Shown: positions 49,320 through 58,299 of the stretch, piece after piece
Layout: every line of letters starts with the position of its first letter
Numbering within the stretch: the first letter of the stretch is position 1
Assembly: GCA_965197475.1 (NCBI GenBank)
Contig: CBDANF010000003.1
Coordinates: forward strand, 416,001 to 480,000
DNA: 64,000 nucleotides
Reading direction: 5' to 3'
DNA from: Candidatus Poribacteria bacterium
GTDB taxonomy: Bacteria > Poribacteria > WGA-4E > WGA-3G
Program-made: the position numbers and the translations under genes
Notes under the pieces: model-generated
The model's database searches: none
What the model was told of the DNA's origin: nothing
The model's input: only the letters and a program-made list of their open reading frames with translations

Positions 49320-51212
49320 ATGAAAATGCTGATCTTTTTTTCAAAAATTTCACTGTTAATTTTTGTAATGTGTTTATCAAATTCCAACGCTCAAGAAGAC
49401 CCTCAATTGAGTTTGCCATTAGGTGTTAAAGCACGCATTGGCAAAGGCGGGGTGAAGCAGATAAAGTATTTTCCTGATGGAACGAAGCTTGCAGTCGGCA
49501 GTACAATAGGAATCTGGGTCTATGATGTTCCGACTGGCGAACCGATTGATCTACTTACAACACATACAGGTCCTGTCAATTCAATAGCATTCAGTCCGGA
49601 TGGAAATACGTTTGCAACTGCAAGTGATGATAATACTGCAAGAGTGTGGGATGCCCATACTGGACAACTCAAAGAGATGTTCTTTGAACTTCCAAGTGAT
49701 GCTGATACATTAGATATTAATTCTGATGGTAAAGTTATCGCAATTGGATGTTTTGATGTTATTCATTTATTTGATTTCCACACAGGACAGCAGATAACGA
49801 GACTTAGAAGGCATACAGAGGAAGTTTACTCGGTAATCTTTTCTCCAGATGGGAAACTACTTGCCAGCATTGCGGAGCCAGGGGATAATGTCATTCTACT
49901 TTGGGACGCACAAACGGGAAACCTCCTAAGAGCAATCACAGAAGATACAGATATAAATTGCATAGCATTTTCTCCAGATAGCAGCACACTTGCAAGTGCA
50001 ACCTGGGACGGTGTGATTAATCTTTGGGAGGTAACTACCACCAAACACCTTAAGACATTCGAGACAGAAAGTTGGATGGATAGCGTCAACGCTATGAAGT
50101 TTTCTCCGGATGGACGTACACTTGCAAGTGGAATTGATAGTGATGCAGTGTGTTTTTGGGATGTTGGTAACAGCAAACTTATTAAAACAATTGAGCATGA
50201 AGATTCGGTAGTATCAATTTCATATTCACCAGATGGGAGTGTCCTTGCGAGTGCAATGGAAAATGGAAAAATCCAATTTTGGGATGTAGCCACCAGTAAA
50301 CTCCATAAGACTATTCCAAGTAGAATTCCTCGCTTTTCTTCTGTGGTATGTTCACCAGATGAAAACATTTTAGCCAGTGGGAATGGCACTGATATCCGCT
50401 TCTGGGATTTGGGGACAGGAGAACTTCTGAAAACTATCATTGGACCTCGTTCCACGATAAGTTCTGTAATGTTTTCATCGGATGGTAGTATACTTGCAAG
50501 CGGCGGCAATTCACGAAATGCTCGGCTATGGGATGTAGAAACTGGAAGGTTCCTCGGCACTTTTTCAGGACATACAGGGCCGATTTCTGCAGTAGCTTTT
50601 TCACCCGATGACAGCGTGCTTGCCAGTGCAAGCAGAGATACAACAATACGTTTGTGGGAAATTCGAAAGGATGAACAACTCTTTATTGGTGAACTCTTGA
50701 AAACATTTGAAGGGCATACTGATGATGTCTCTTCTGTCACCTTTTCACCAAATGGTAAGGTACTTGCCAGTGGCAGTAAAGATAGAACAATTCGATTGTG
50801 GGACGTAAAGACTGGAAATCTGTTAAATACGCTGGTTGGTCACACAGGAGATGTCCAGACTGTCCTGTTTTCACCTGATGGCAACTTACTCGTAAGTGGA
50901 TGTTGTTGGAGCGGGAGTTGGGATGGTAAGGTCTGCTTGTGGGATGCCCATACTGGTGAACTCTTATTAACTCTTGATAATGAGACTGTAGCTGCTGTTA
51001 CGTTTTCTCCAGATGGTTCCATTATTACCTATGCTAATGATGATACAATATACTTTTTAGACATTCTCAGCGAGAACATACTAACAATGTTGAAAGGACA
51101 CACCGATGTAGTGGATAGCCTTGCGTATTCATCAGACGGTAAGACGCTTGTAAGTGGTAGCAGAGATGGTACAATTCTAATATGGGACCTTGAAAAAACT
51201 TTTGATAAATAG
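49320..51212 (+). CDS. Secreted WD40 protein, subtype A
   Basis: Signal peptide, LPLGVKARIGKG, IKYFPDG, GRFLGTFSGH, LWEIR...IGELL. Confidence 0.9.
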   Translation: MKMLIFFSKISLLIFVMCLSNSNAQEDPQLSLPLGVKARIGKGGVKQIKYFPDGTKLAVGSTIGIWVYDVPTGEPIDLLTTHTGPVNSIAFSPDGNTFATASDDNTARVWDAHTGQLKEMFFELPSDADTLDINSDGKVIAIGCFDVIHLFDFHTGQQITRLRRHTEEVYSVIFSPDGKLLASIAEPGDNVILLWDAQTGNLLRAITEDTDINCIAFSPDSSTLASATWDGVINLWEVTTTKHLKTFETESWMDSVNAMKFSPDGRTLASGIDSDAVCFWDVGNSKLIKTIEHEDSVVSISYSPDGSVLASAMENGKIQFWDVATSKLHKTIPSRIPRFSSVVCSPDENILASGNGTDIRFWDLGTGELLKTIIGPRSTISSVMFSSDGSILASGGNSRNARLWDVETGRFLGTFSGHTGPISAVAFSPDDSVLASASRDTTIRLWEIRKDEQLFIGELLKTFEGHTDDVSSVTFSPNGKVLASGSKDRTIRLWDVKTGNLLNTLVGHTGDVQTVLFSPDGNLLVSGCCWSGSWDGKVCLWDAHTGELLLTLDNETVAAVTFSPDGSIITYANDDTIYFLDILSENILTMLKGHTDVVDSLAYSSDGKTLVSGSRDGTILIWDLEKTFDK

Positions 51213-51240
51213 ACAGTTATGTTCAAAAAGGAGCCTTTCA

Positions 51241-53244
51241 ATGAAAAATGTTGTTTTATTATTACTTCCAATTATCTTCATGTCTTTACCGTGGTATTCT
51301 GTTAGTTTTGCTCAAAATTACATGAAAAATTATCTACCTGAAGGAGCTATCGCGCGGTTCGGTAAAGGATATGTATTTGATTTGGCATATTCACCAGATG
51401 GTACACAACTTGCTTTAGCGAGTACAATCGGTATCTGGCTGATCGATGTCACAACCGGTGAAGAAATCAATCTGTTAACTGGACATACTGATTATGTCAA
51501 TAGCGTTGTTTTCAGTCCTGATGGTAAAACACTTGCAAGTTTTAGTAAAGGATACCACGGTTCCCCTACTATTCGTTTATGGGATGCTGTCACTGGTGAA
51601 TCTAAAGCGGTACTTAGAGAGGAGATAGATCTTTTTGTTTTTAGCCCTGATGGTAAAACGCTGGCAAGCGATGGTGGTGATGCTGGAGTAATCTGTTTAT
51701 GGGATGGTGTCACAGGTGAACTAAAAACAACTCTCATAGGACACACAGCTCCAGTCAAGACGTTAGCGTTCAATCCAGATGGTAGCACACTCGCGAGCGG
51801 CGGTAATGATGAGGTAATCCGTCTTTGGGATGTTACCACTGCTGAACTACAGTTAACCTTCGCAGCACACGCAAATACTGTCAATTTCCTGAAGTATTCT
51901 CCAGATGGAGAGGTCCTTGTCAGTCAAGGCGGAGATAACAATGTCTGTCTATGGGATGCACATACCGGTAAATTTTTACGTATACTCACAACTTGGACAG
52001 AAGATGCTGCTTCTATTGACTTTTCAAAAGATGGGAGAACACTTGTGAGTGTGAATTCCGATGAAAATGTTCGATTGTGGAACCCCCGTACAGGTGAGCA
52101 ACTGAAAACAATCAAACAAAATAGAAATTTTGAGGTCGTGCAGTATTCTCCAGATGGTAGAATATTTGCATGTAGTGAGTGTTATGGAGAAGCAACAGTC
52201 CTACTATTTGATGCTGACACAGGAGAATTATTACATGATCTCAAAATGCCTGGACATGCAGATTGGGTTACTGATTTTCAATTTTCACCAGATGGGCAGA
52301 CACTTTCCATCAAAACCTGTGATGAAATATATTTCTGGGATGTGAATACCGGTGAACTTGAAAAGACAATCACCGGATATTCTGATGTTGTCAGTTCTGT
52401 AGCATATTCTCCTGATGGGAGGACATTAGTGAGCTTAGACGATATCGTACGTATTTGGGATTTAGACACGCAGAAACTCGTAAAGACACTTTCTTTGAAA
52501 AGTTCAATAAGGACAATCGCGTATTCGCCTGACGGAGAGACACTCGCTTGTGGGACTCGCCGCGATAACACAATAGTACTATGGGATGTCAGCGAGTGGG
52601 AAAAAAGAGAAGTACTCAAAGGACATACAGATGGCGTGTCCTCGGTGGCATTTAGTCCAGATGGACAAACCCTTGCCAGTGGGAGTTGGGACGGGACACT
52701 CCGATTGTGGAATGCCCACACGGGAGAACACTTAAAAACCTTTGATAGGCATGCATCAAGTGTTAGCACAGTTTTATTTTCACCTAATGGACAGATTTTA
52801 GCCAGTACCGAAGACGATGCAACAATTCGTTTTTGGGATGTTGCAACGGCGAAACTTGTGAATGCTATAAAAATGAAAGCAGATACGGATGTTAATTCTA
52901 TAGATTTTTCTCCTGATGGGACAACCCTTGTAACCGCAGACACCGCAGACGACACCTGGAAAATCAATTTTTGGGATGTTACAACTGGCGATCGTAAAAA
53001 AGTCACGCATCTTAAAGAAAAAGGAACTTATTATTATGCTGTCCTTTCGCCAGATGGCAAAACACTGGCAAGTGCAGTTTTTAAGGATGAAATATTATTG
53101 TGGGATGTTGCCACAGGAAAACTTCTGAAAACTTTAAAGGGACATATAAGCGATATCAATTCTATAGTCTTTTCTCCAGATGGCAAAACACTCGCGAGTT
53201 GCTGTAGAGACAGCACTGTAATTTTGTGGGATTTAACGAAGTAG
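51241..53244 (+). CDS. Secreted WD40 protein, subtype B
   Basis: AAGGAG RBS, signal peptide, YMKNYLPEGAIARFGKGY, FAAHAN, GKFLR, TITGYS. Confidence 0.9.
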   Translation: MKNVVLLLLPIIFMSLPWYSVSFAQNYMKNYLPEGAIARFGKGYVFDLAYSPDGTQLALASTIGIWLIDVTTGEEINLLTGHTDYVNSVVFSPDGKTLASFSKGYHGSPTIRLWDAVTGESKAVLREEIDLFVFSPDGKTLASDGGDAGVICLWDGVTGELKTTLIGHTAPVKTLAFNPDGSTLASGGNDEVIRLWDVTTAELQLTFAAHANTVNFLKYSPDGEVLVSQGGDNNVCLWDAHTGKFLRILTTWTEDAASIDFSKDGRTLVSVNSDENVRLWNPRTGEQLKTIKQNRNFEVVQYSPDGRIFACSECYGEATVLLFDADTGELLHDLKMPGHADWVTDFQFSPDGQTLSIKTCDEIYFWDVNTGELEKTITGYSDVVSSVAYSPDGRTLVSLDDIVRIWDLDTQKLVKTLSLKSSIRTIAYSPDGETLACGTRRDNTIVLWDVSEWEKREVLKGHTDGVSSVAFSPDGQTLASGSWDGTLRLWNAHTGEHLKTFDRHASSVSTVLFSPNGQILASTEDDATIRFWDVATAKLVNAIKMKADTDVNSIDFSPDGTTLVTADTADDTWKINFWDVTTGDRKKVTHLKEKGTYYYAVLSPDGKTLASAVFKDEILLWDVATGKLLKTLKGHISDINSIVFSPDGKTLASCCRDSTVILWDLTK

Positions 53245-53277
53245 GGATTATACATCAAAAATAGAGATTAGGAGGGC

Positions 53278-55179
53278 ATGAATATGCAAAAGCCGCAACA
53301 CTACACACAGTGGAGTCTTTCCCCAGGAGCCAAAAAACGCATCGGAAAAGGGGGAATAAATGAGATAAAGTATTTTCCGGATGGGACACGACTCGCTGTT
53401 GCAAGTACAATAGGCATCTGGATTTACGACGTGGAAACATGCAAACCGCTTGAATTGATAACGGGACATACAGGACCGGTCAATTCATTAGTATTCAGCC
53501 CAGATGGAGGTACGTTTGCGACCGCGAGTGATGATATGACCGCACGTTTGTGGGATACCATCACAGGTGAGCACAAAGCAAGTTTCGTCGGACATACGGA
53601 TACTATCAACGCTGTCGCGTTCAGTCCGAATGGTGAAAAGCTTGCCACTGCAAGTGACGACAAAACGATTGGTCTCTGGAACCTGCATACGGGAGAACAG
53701 ATAGCAAAACTTGAGGGGCATACGGAGAAAGTTTTTTCAGCAGTTTTTTCGCCTGATCGCACTGTAATTGCCAGCAGTGAAGCATTTGGTGGAGAAGGTG
53801 GAATTCGGATTTGGGATGTACATACCGGTGAATTTCTAAAATTTTTTTCTGAAGACACCGATTGGATAGAATATATCGTGTACAGCCCCGATGGTAGCAT
53901 GCTCATTAGTCGAGAAACTCGTGGAGAAATTAATTTTTGGGATGCTAACACAGGTAAAAAGCTGAAACCGTGCGAAACAGAAAGTTGGATGGGTAAATTC
54001 AGTCCTGTAACGTTTGCCCCGGACGGTCAGACCTTCGCTATTGGCATTAGGGACGGTGATGTCTGCCTTTGGGATACTGACACTGGAAGATTGCTGAAAA
54101 AGTTTGAACTTGAGGAAGATGTGGATTCTTCGCCCTCTTCTGTAGCTTTTTCACCTGATGGCGAAACGATTGCTTGTGCCAGTGAGGACGGCACGATTCG
54201 GTTTTGGGACGTAAACACCAGTAAAATTTTAAAAGTGATTACAGATCATACATCTCATTTCTCTGCTACGCAGAAAACAGAGGGGACACAGGCACCATCT
54301 CAACGTACTTTTTCTGTTGCCTATTCCCCAAATGGCAATACACTTGCAAGTTGCTACGGGACCGAAATTCATTTTCGGAATCCGGAGACAGGTGAAATCC
54401 AAACAACTATCACAGGACCGCGTGAAAATGTCCGTTCATTAAAATACTCATCGGACGGTGAAATACTGGCAAGTGGTGAAGATACAACAAAAGCGCGATT
54501 ATGGGATGTGCAAAACGGAAGATTCCTCGGAACCTTCGCGGGACATAAGGATAATATATCTTCAGTGGCGTTTTCCCCGGACAGTAGCATGCTTGCAACT
54601 GGTAGCCATGACAGGACAATCTGCTTATGGAAAGTCCGTATAGGTGAACTGTATCTTATTGGCGATCTGCTATTAACACTTACTGGGCATACAGACAATG
54701 TTTGTGCCGTAGCGTTTTCTCCCGATGGAGGCAACCTCGCCACAGGCAGCTGCGACAAGACAGTCCGATTGTGGGATGTCCACACTGGAAATTTACTGAA
54801 AACCCTTACTGACCACACAGGAAGTGTTTACGACGTGGAATATTCACCAGATGGCAGCATACTTGCCAGCGGGAGTCGTGATGGGGAGATCCGCTTGTGG
54901 AACAGTCAGACCGGCGAACTGTTGGAAACTCTTAAAGGACAAACACAGAACATATTTTCTGTTGCATTTTCGCCGAATGGTAGTTTGATCGCTTGTGGGG
55001 ACAATGGCACAATTCACTTTTGGGACGTGCGGACAGGCAAACTACTAAACACGTGTAGGGGACATACGGATGTGGTGAATAGCCTTGCGTATTCACCAGA
55101 TGGAAAAACGCTTGCAAGTGGGAGTAGAGATGGGACAGTACTCTTGTGGGACATAGCAACAGTTCTTATACCAAATTAA
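53278..55179 (+). CDS. WD40 protein, subtype A, lacking signal peptide
   Basis: YTQWSLSPGAKKRIGKG, IKYFPDG, GRFLGTFAGH, LWKVR...IGDLL. The stop codon lies inside a MITE TIR. Confidence 0.9.
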   Translation: MNMQKPQHYTQWSLSPGAKKRIGKGGINEIKYFPDGTRLAVASTIGIWIYDVETCKPLELITGHTGPVNSLVFSPDGGTFATASDDMTARLWDTITGEHKASFVGHTDTINAVAFSPNGEKLATASDDKTIGLWNLHTGEQIAKLEGHTEKVFSAVFSPDRTVIASSEAFGGEGGIRIWDVHTGEFLKFFSEDTDWIEYIVYSPDGSMLISRETRGEINFWDANTGKKLKPCETESWMGKFSPVTFAPDGQTFAIGIRDGDVCLWDTDTGRLLKKFELEEDVDSSPSSVAFSPDGETIACASEDGTIRFWDVNTSKILKVITDHTSHFSATQKTEGTQAPSQRTFSVAYSPNGNTLASCYGTEIHFRNPETGEIQTTITGPRENVRSLKYSSDGEILASGEDTTKARLWDVQNGRFLGTFAGHKDNISSVAFSPDSSMLATGSHDRTICLWKVRIGELYLIGDLLLTLTGHTDNVCAVAFSPDGGNLATGSCDKTVRLWDVHTGNLLKTLTDHTGSVYDVEYSPDGSILASGSRDGEIRLWNSQTGELLETLKGQTQNIFSVAFSPNGSLIACGDNGTIHFWDVRTGKLLNTCRGHTDVVNSLAYSPDGKTLASGSRDGTVLLWDIATVLIPN

Positions 55180-55258
55180 CTTGATCTCAATCGGTAGGCG
55201 CGCTTTGTAAGCGCGCTATCTGCCCAGAAAAGTAAGATAAATCCCGTTAATTTGGTAT
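55168..55258. mobile_element. MITE-like element
   Basis: Perfect 13-bp TIR ATACCAAATTAAC / GTTAATTTGGTAT, with internal GTAGGCGCGCTTTGTAAGCGCGC. Confidence 0.7.
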
Positions 55259-55260
55259 TA

Positions 55261-56167
55261 TAGTAGATCCTGAAAATAAGTTTACATTTTCTGTGATTTA
55301 TGTTAGCCTTTATGATTATGGCATATTCAACAGATGGACGCAAACGCGTGCTTGATTTCATCAATAATGGTGGCAGTAAAGCCGCCGCAGAACGCACTTT
55401 TCGTGTCTCAAGAAGAACGATCTATAACTGGTTGGAAGCAGAAGACCCCTTCGCCTGTGAAAAACCGGGACCCAAAGGTCCCCGAGATATTGATTATGAC
55501 GCACTTCAGCAACATGTTGCCGATTTCCCAGATTCCACACTCGCCGAACGTGCCAAACACTTCGGTGTTTCAACAAACGGCATCTTTTATGCCTTCTCAA
55601 AACTCAATATTACGCGAAAAAAAAGACAACGACCTACAAAGAACAGTGTCCGATAAAACGCCAAGAGTATCTTTCGGCACTTCAACAAGAGACACAGGAG
55701 CATGGCAAAAAACCGGTTTATCTTGACGAAAGTGGTTTCACTGAAACCACTTTCCGTCGGTATGCTTATGCCCGAAAGGTGTCCGTGTTGAAGATAAAGT
55801 GCCAAGCCATCGGTATACCACCACGACGCTGATTGCGGCACGGCTTGATGGATGTTTCACAGCACCTGTGCTTTTCAAGGGCAGTTGCGATGCGGTCGCC
55901 TTCAACAGTTGGCTTTCGGAAATGTTGTGTCCATTGCTTGACGATAGCCATGTTGTGATTATGGATAATGCGTCTTTCCACAAAGGTTCACAGACGGCGG
56001 CATTGATCCGGGATTGCGGTGCGAGTTTGTTGTTTTTACCACCGTATTCACCGGAGTTGAATCCGATTGAGAAGGATTTCGCCAACATCAAGCGGATACG
56101 TCAATACAATGCTCAGACTTCTATTGATGATATTATAAAAGTGTATAAGTAATTACGGGATTTACTA
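55261..56167 (+). mobile_element. IS630-family insertion sequence
   Basis: TA-flanked imperfect TIRs TAGTAGATCCTG / CGGGATTTACTA, enclosing an HTH orfA and a DDE orfB. Confidence 0.88.
55318..56152 (+). pseudogene. IS630 transposase split over three frames
   Basis: MAYSTDGRKRV HTH, then an A8G slip at ~55617-55625 into ...VYLDESGF, then a second -1 shift near 55775 into VIMDNASFHK...LPPYSPELNPIE. Confidence 0.8.
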
Positions 56168-56303
56168 TAATTGATCAGGAAGTGATGTTCTTAATCTGCT
56201 AATATTGATGTGCTTTTTCGCAAAACTCGTAAAAAGTGCATCCATGGATGTGTTAAAAAGGTGTACGTGGCAAAGTTTAAAAAATTGTTAAGGAGAATTG
56301 GTT

Positions 56304-58274
56304 ATGAAAAATGTCGGCATGATGATTCCGATTATCTTAATGTTCCTACCCTGGTTTTCTGTGGGTTTTGCTCAAAATTACATGGAAAAATATCTTCCTA
56401 AAGGAGCAATTGCACGATTCGGTAAAGGTTATGTTTTTGATTTTGAATATTCTCCAGACGGCACCCGACCTGCTGTTGCAAGCACAATCGGCGTTTGGCT
56501 CTATGATACACAAACCTATGAGGAAATCAATTTGCTTACAGGACATACAGATTATGTCTTGAATGTATATTTCAATCCAAATGGTAAAACACTCGTCAGC
56601 GAGAGTGGTGATGGCGAATGGTCTCCTGCAGAGACAAAACTATGGAATGTCTCTTCTGGTGAACTGATTGCAACCCTCACAGATCAGAAAATTAAAGTCA
56701 ACAACATAGTCTTCAGTCCGGATGGAGAAACACTTGCAATAGCAAGTGGCGACAATACCATCCGATTTTGGGATGGAGTTACTGGAGAACCAAAGAAAAC
56801 CCTAACAGACCATGGGTCCAAGGTTTTGAAGTTTAGTCCTGATGGTAGTAGACTCGTAGGCGGTAGCGGAGAAGTCATCCATTTCTGGGATGTCGCCACG
56901 GGTGAACTTCAGTCGACCTTTGCAGCACACGCGAATAGTGTCGGTTCTCTGATATTCACTTCAGATGGAAAAATGATTGCAAGTCAAGGTGGAGATAACA
57001 ATGTGTGTTTATGGGATGCTGAAACCGGAGAATTTTTGCGTATCTTTAGGAGTGATGCGAAAGGTGTTTCTGACATTGACTTTTCAAGTGATGGGAAAAC
57101 GCTTGCTATTGTGAGTTCCGATGGAACAATCTGGTTGTGGAATAGGCATACTGGTGAGAGAATCACTACTTTTAAATGGGATACCAATTTAAATTATGTG
57201 CAATTCTCTCCTGATGGGAAAACTTATGCATGTGATGATGATGACGGAACCATGCTACTATTTGATGCCAATACGACAGCGTTATTACACAAACTCAAAA
57301 TGCCCGGGCATAGAAAAAGTGTCGATGATTTTCGGTATTCACCTGATGGGCGGACACTTGCCGTTTCCAACGGGTTTGAAATATATTTTTGGGATGTGAA
57401 TACCGGTGAACTTCAAAGGACAATCACCGGATATTCTGAGGTAGTAGGTGGTGTAATATATTCTCCTAATGAGGAGACATTAGTGAGTTTTGACTATGTC
57501 GTACGTATTTGGGATGTAGCCACTCAAAAACTTCACAAGACAATTGCACCTGAAAGTTCAGTATCTGCAATTGCGTATTCTCTGGATGGGCAGACCATCG
57601 CTTGTGGAACTTATGACAATACAATTGAGCTATGGGATGTTAGCAGATGGAAGAGCAGGGTTATTCTCGAAGGACACACGAAAGGGGTATCCTCGGTAGC
57701 ATTTAGTCCAGATAGGCAAACACTCGTAAGTGGGAGTTGGGACGGGACGATTCGATTGTGGGATGCTCATACGGGAGAACTCTTAAAAACCTTTAAAAAG
57801 CATGGATCAAGCATTAGCACAGTTATATTCTCACCTGATGGACAAACTATAGCCAGTACTGGGGACGATCAAACAATTCGCTTATGGAATATTGCCACTG
57901 GTGAACTTTTGAGAACTATTGAAACAAAAGCAGATGATGTTTATTCTATAGATTTTTCACCAGACGGTACAACGCTTGTGACTGCAGACGACACCGGGCA
58001 AATCAAATATTGGGATGTTACAACTGGAGATCGTAAAATGATCGCACACCCAAAAGAAAAAGGATATTATGTTGTCCTTTCACCAGATGGCAACACACTG
58101 GCAAGTGCAGATGCGGGTAATATATTTTTGTGGGATGTTGCAACGGGAAAACTTCTCAAAACCTTGAAGGGACATATAAGCGATATCAATTCTATAGTCT
58201 TTTCTTCAGATGGTAAAACCCTTGCAAGTGGATGCAGAGACAGCACAGTAATACTATGGGATTTAACAGAATAA
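56304..58274 (+). CDS. Secreted WD40 protein, subtype B
   Basis: Signal peptide, YMEKYLPKGAIARFGKGY, FAAHAN, GEFLR, TITGYS. Close paralog of the gene at 51241. Confidence 0.9.
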   Translation: MKNVGMMIPIILMFLPWFSVGFAQNYMEKYLPKGAIARFGKGYVFDFEYSPDGTRPAVASTIGVWLYDTQTYEEINLLTGHTDYVLNVYFNPNGKTLVSESGDGEWSPAETKLWNVSSGELIATLTDQKIKVNNIVFSPDGETLAIASGDNTIRFWDGVTGEPKKTLTDHGSKVLKFSPDGSRLVGGSGEVIHFWDVATGELQSTFAAHANSVGSLIFTSDGKMIASQGGDNNVCLWDAETGEFLRIFRSDAKGVSDIDFSSDGKTLAIVSSDGTIWLWNRHTGERITTFKWDTNLNYVQFSPDGKTYACDDDDGTMLLFDANTTALLHKLKMPGHRKSVDDFRYSPDGRTLAVSNGFEIYFWDVNTGELQRTITGYSEVVGGVIYSPNEETLVSFDYVVRIWDVATQKLHKTIAPESSVSAIAYSLDGQTIACGTYDNTIELWDVSRWKSRVILEGHTKGVSSVAFSPDRQTLVSGSWDGTIRLWDAHTGELLKTFKKHGSSISTVIFSPDGQTIASTGDDQTIRLWNIATGELLRTIETKADDVYSIDFSPDGTTLVTADDTGQIKYWDVTTGDRKMIAHPKEKGYYVVLSPDGNTLASADAGNIFLWDVATGKLLKTLKGHISDINSIVFSSDGKTLASGCRDSTVILWDLTE

Positions 58275-58299
58275 ATAAACAAAATGAGGTGTTGATAAT

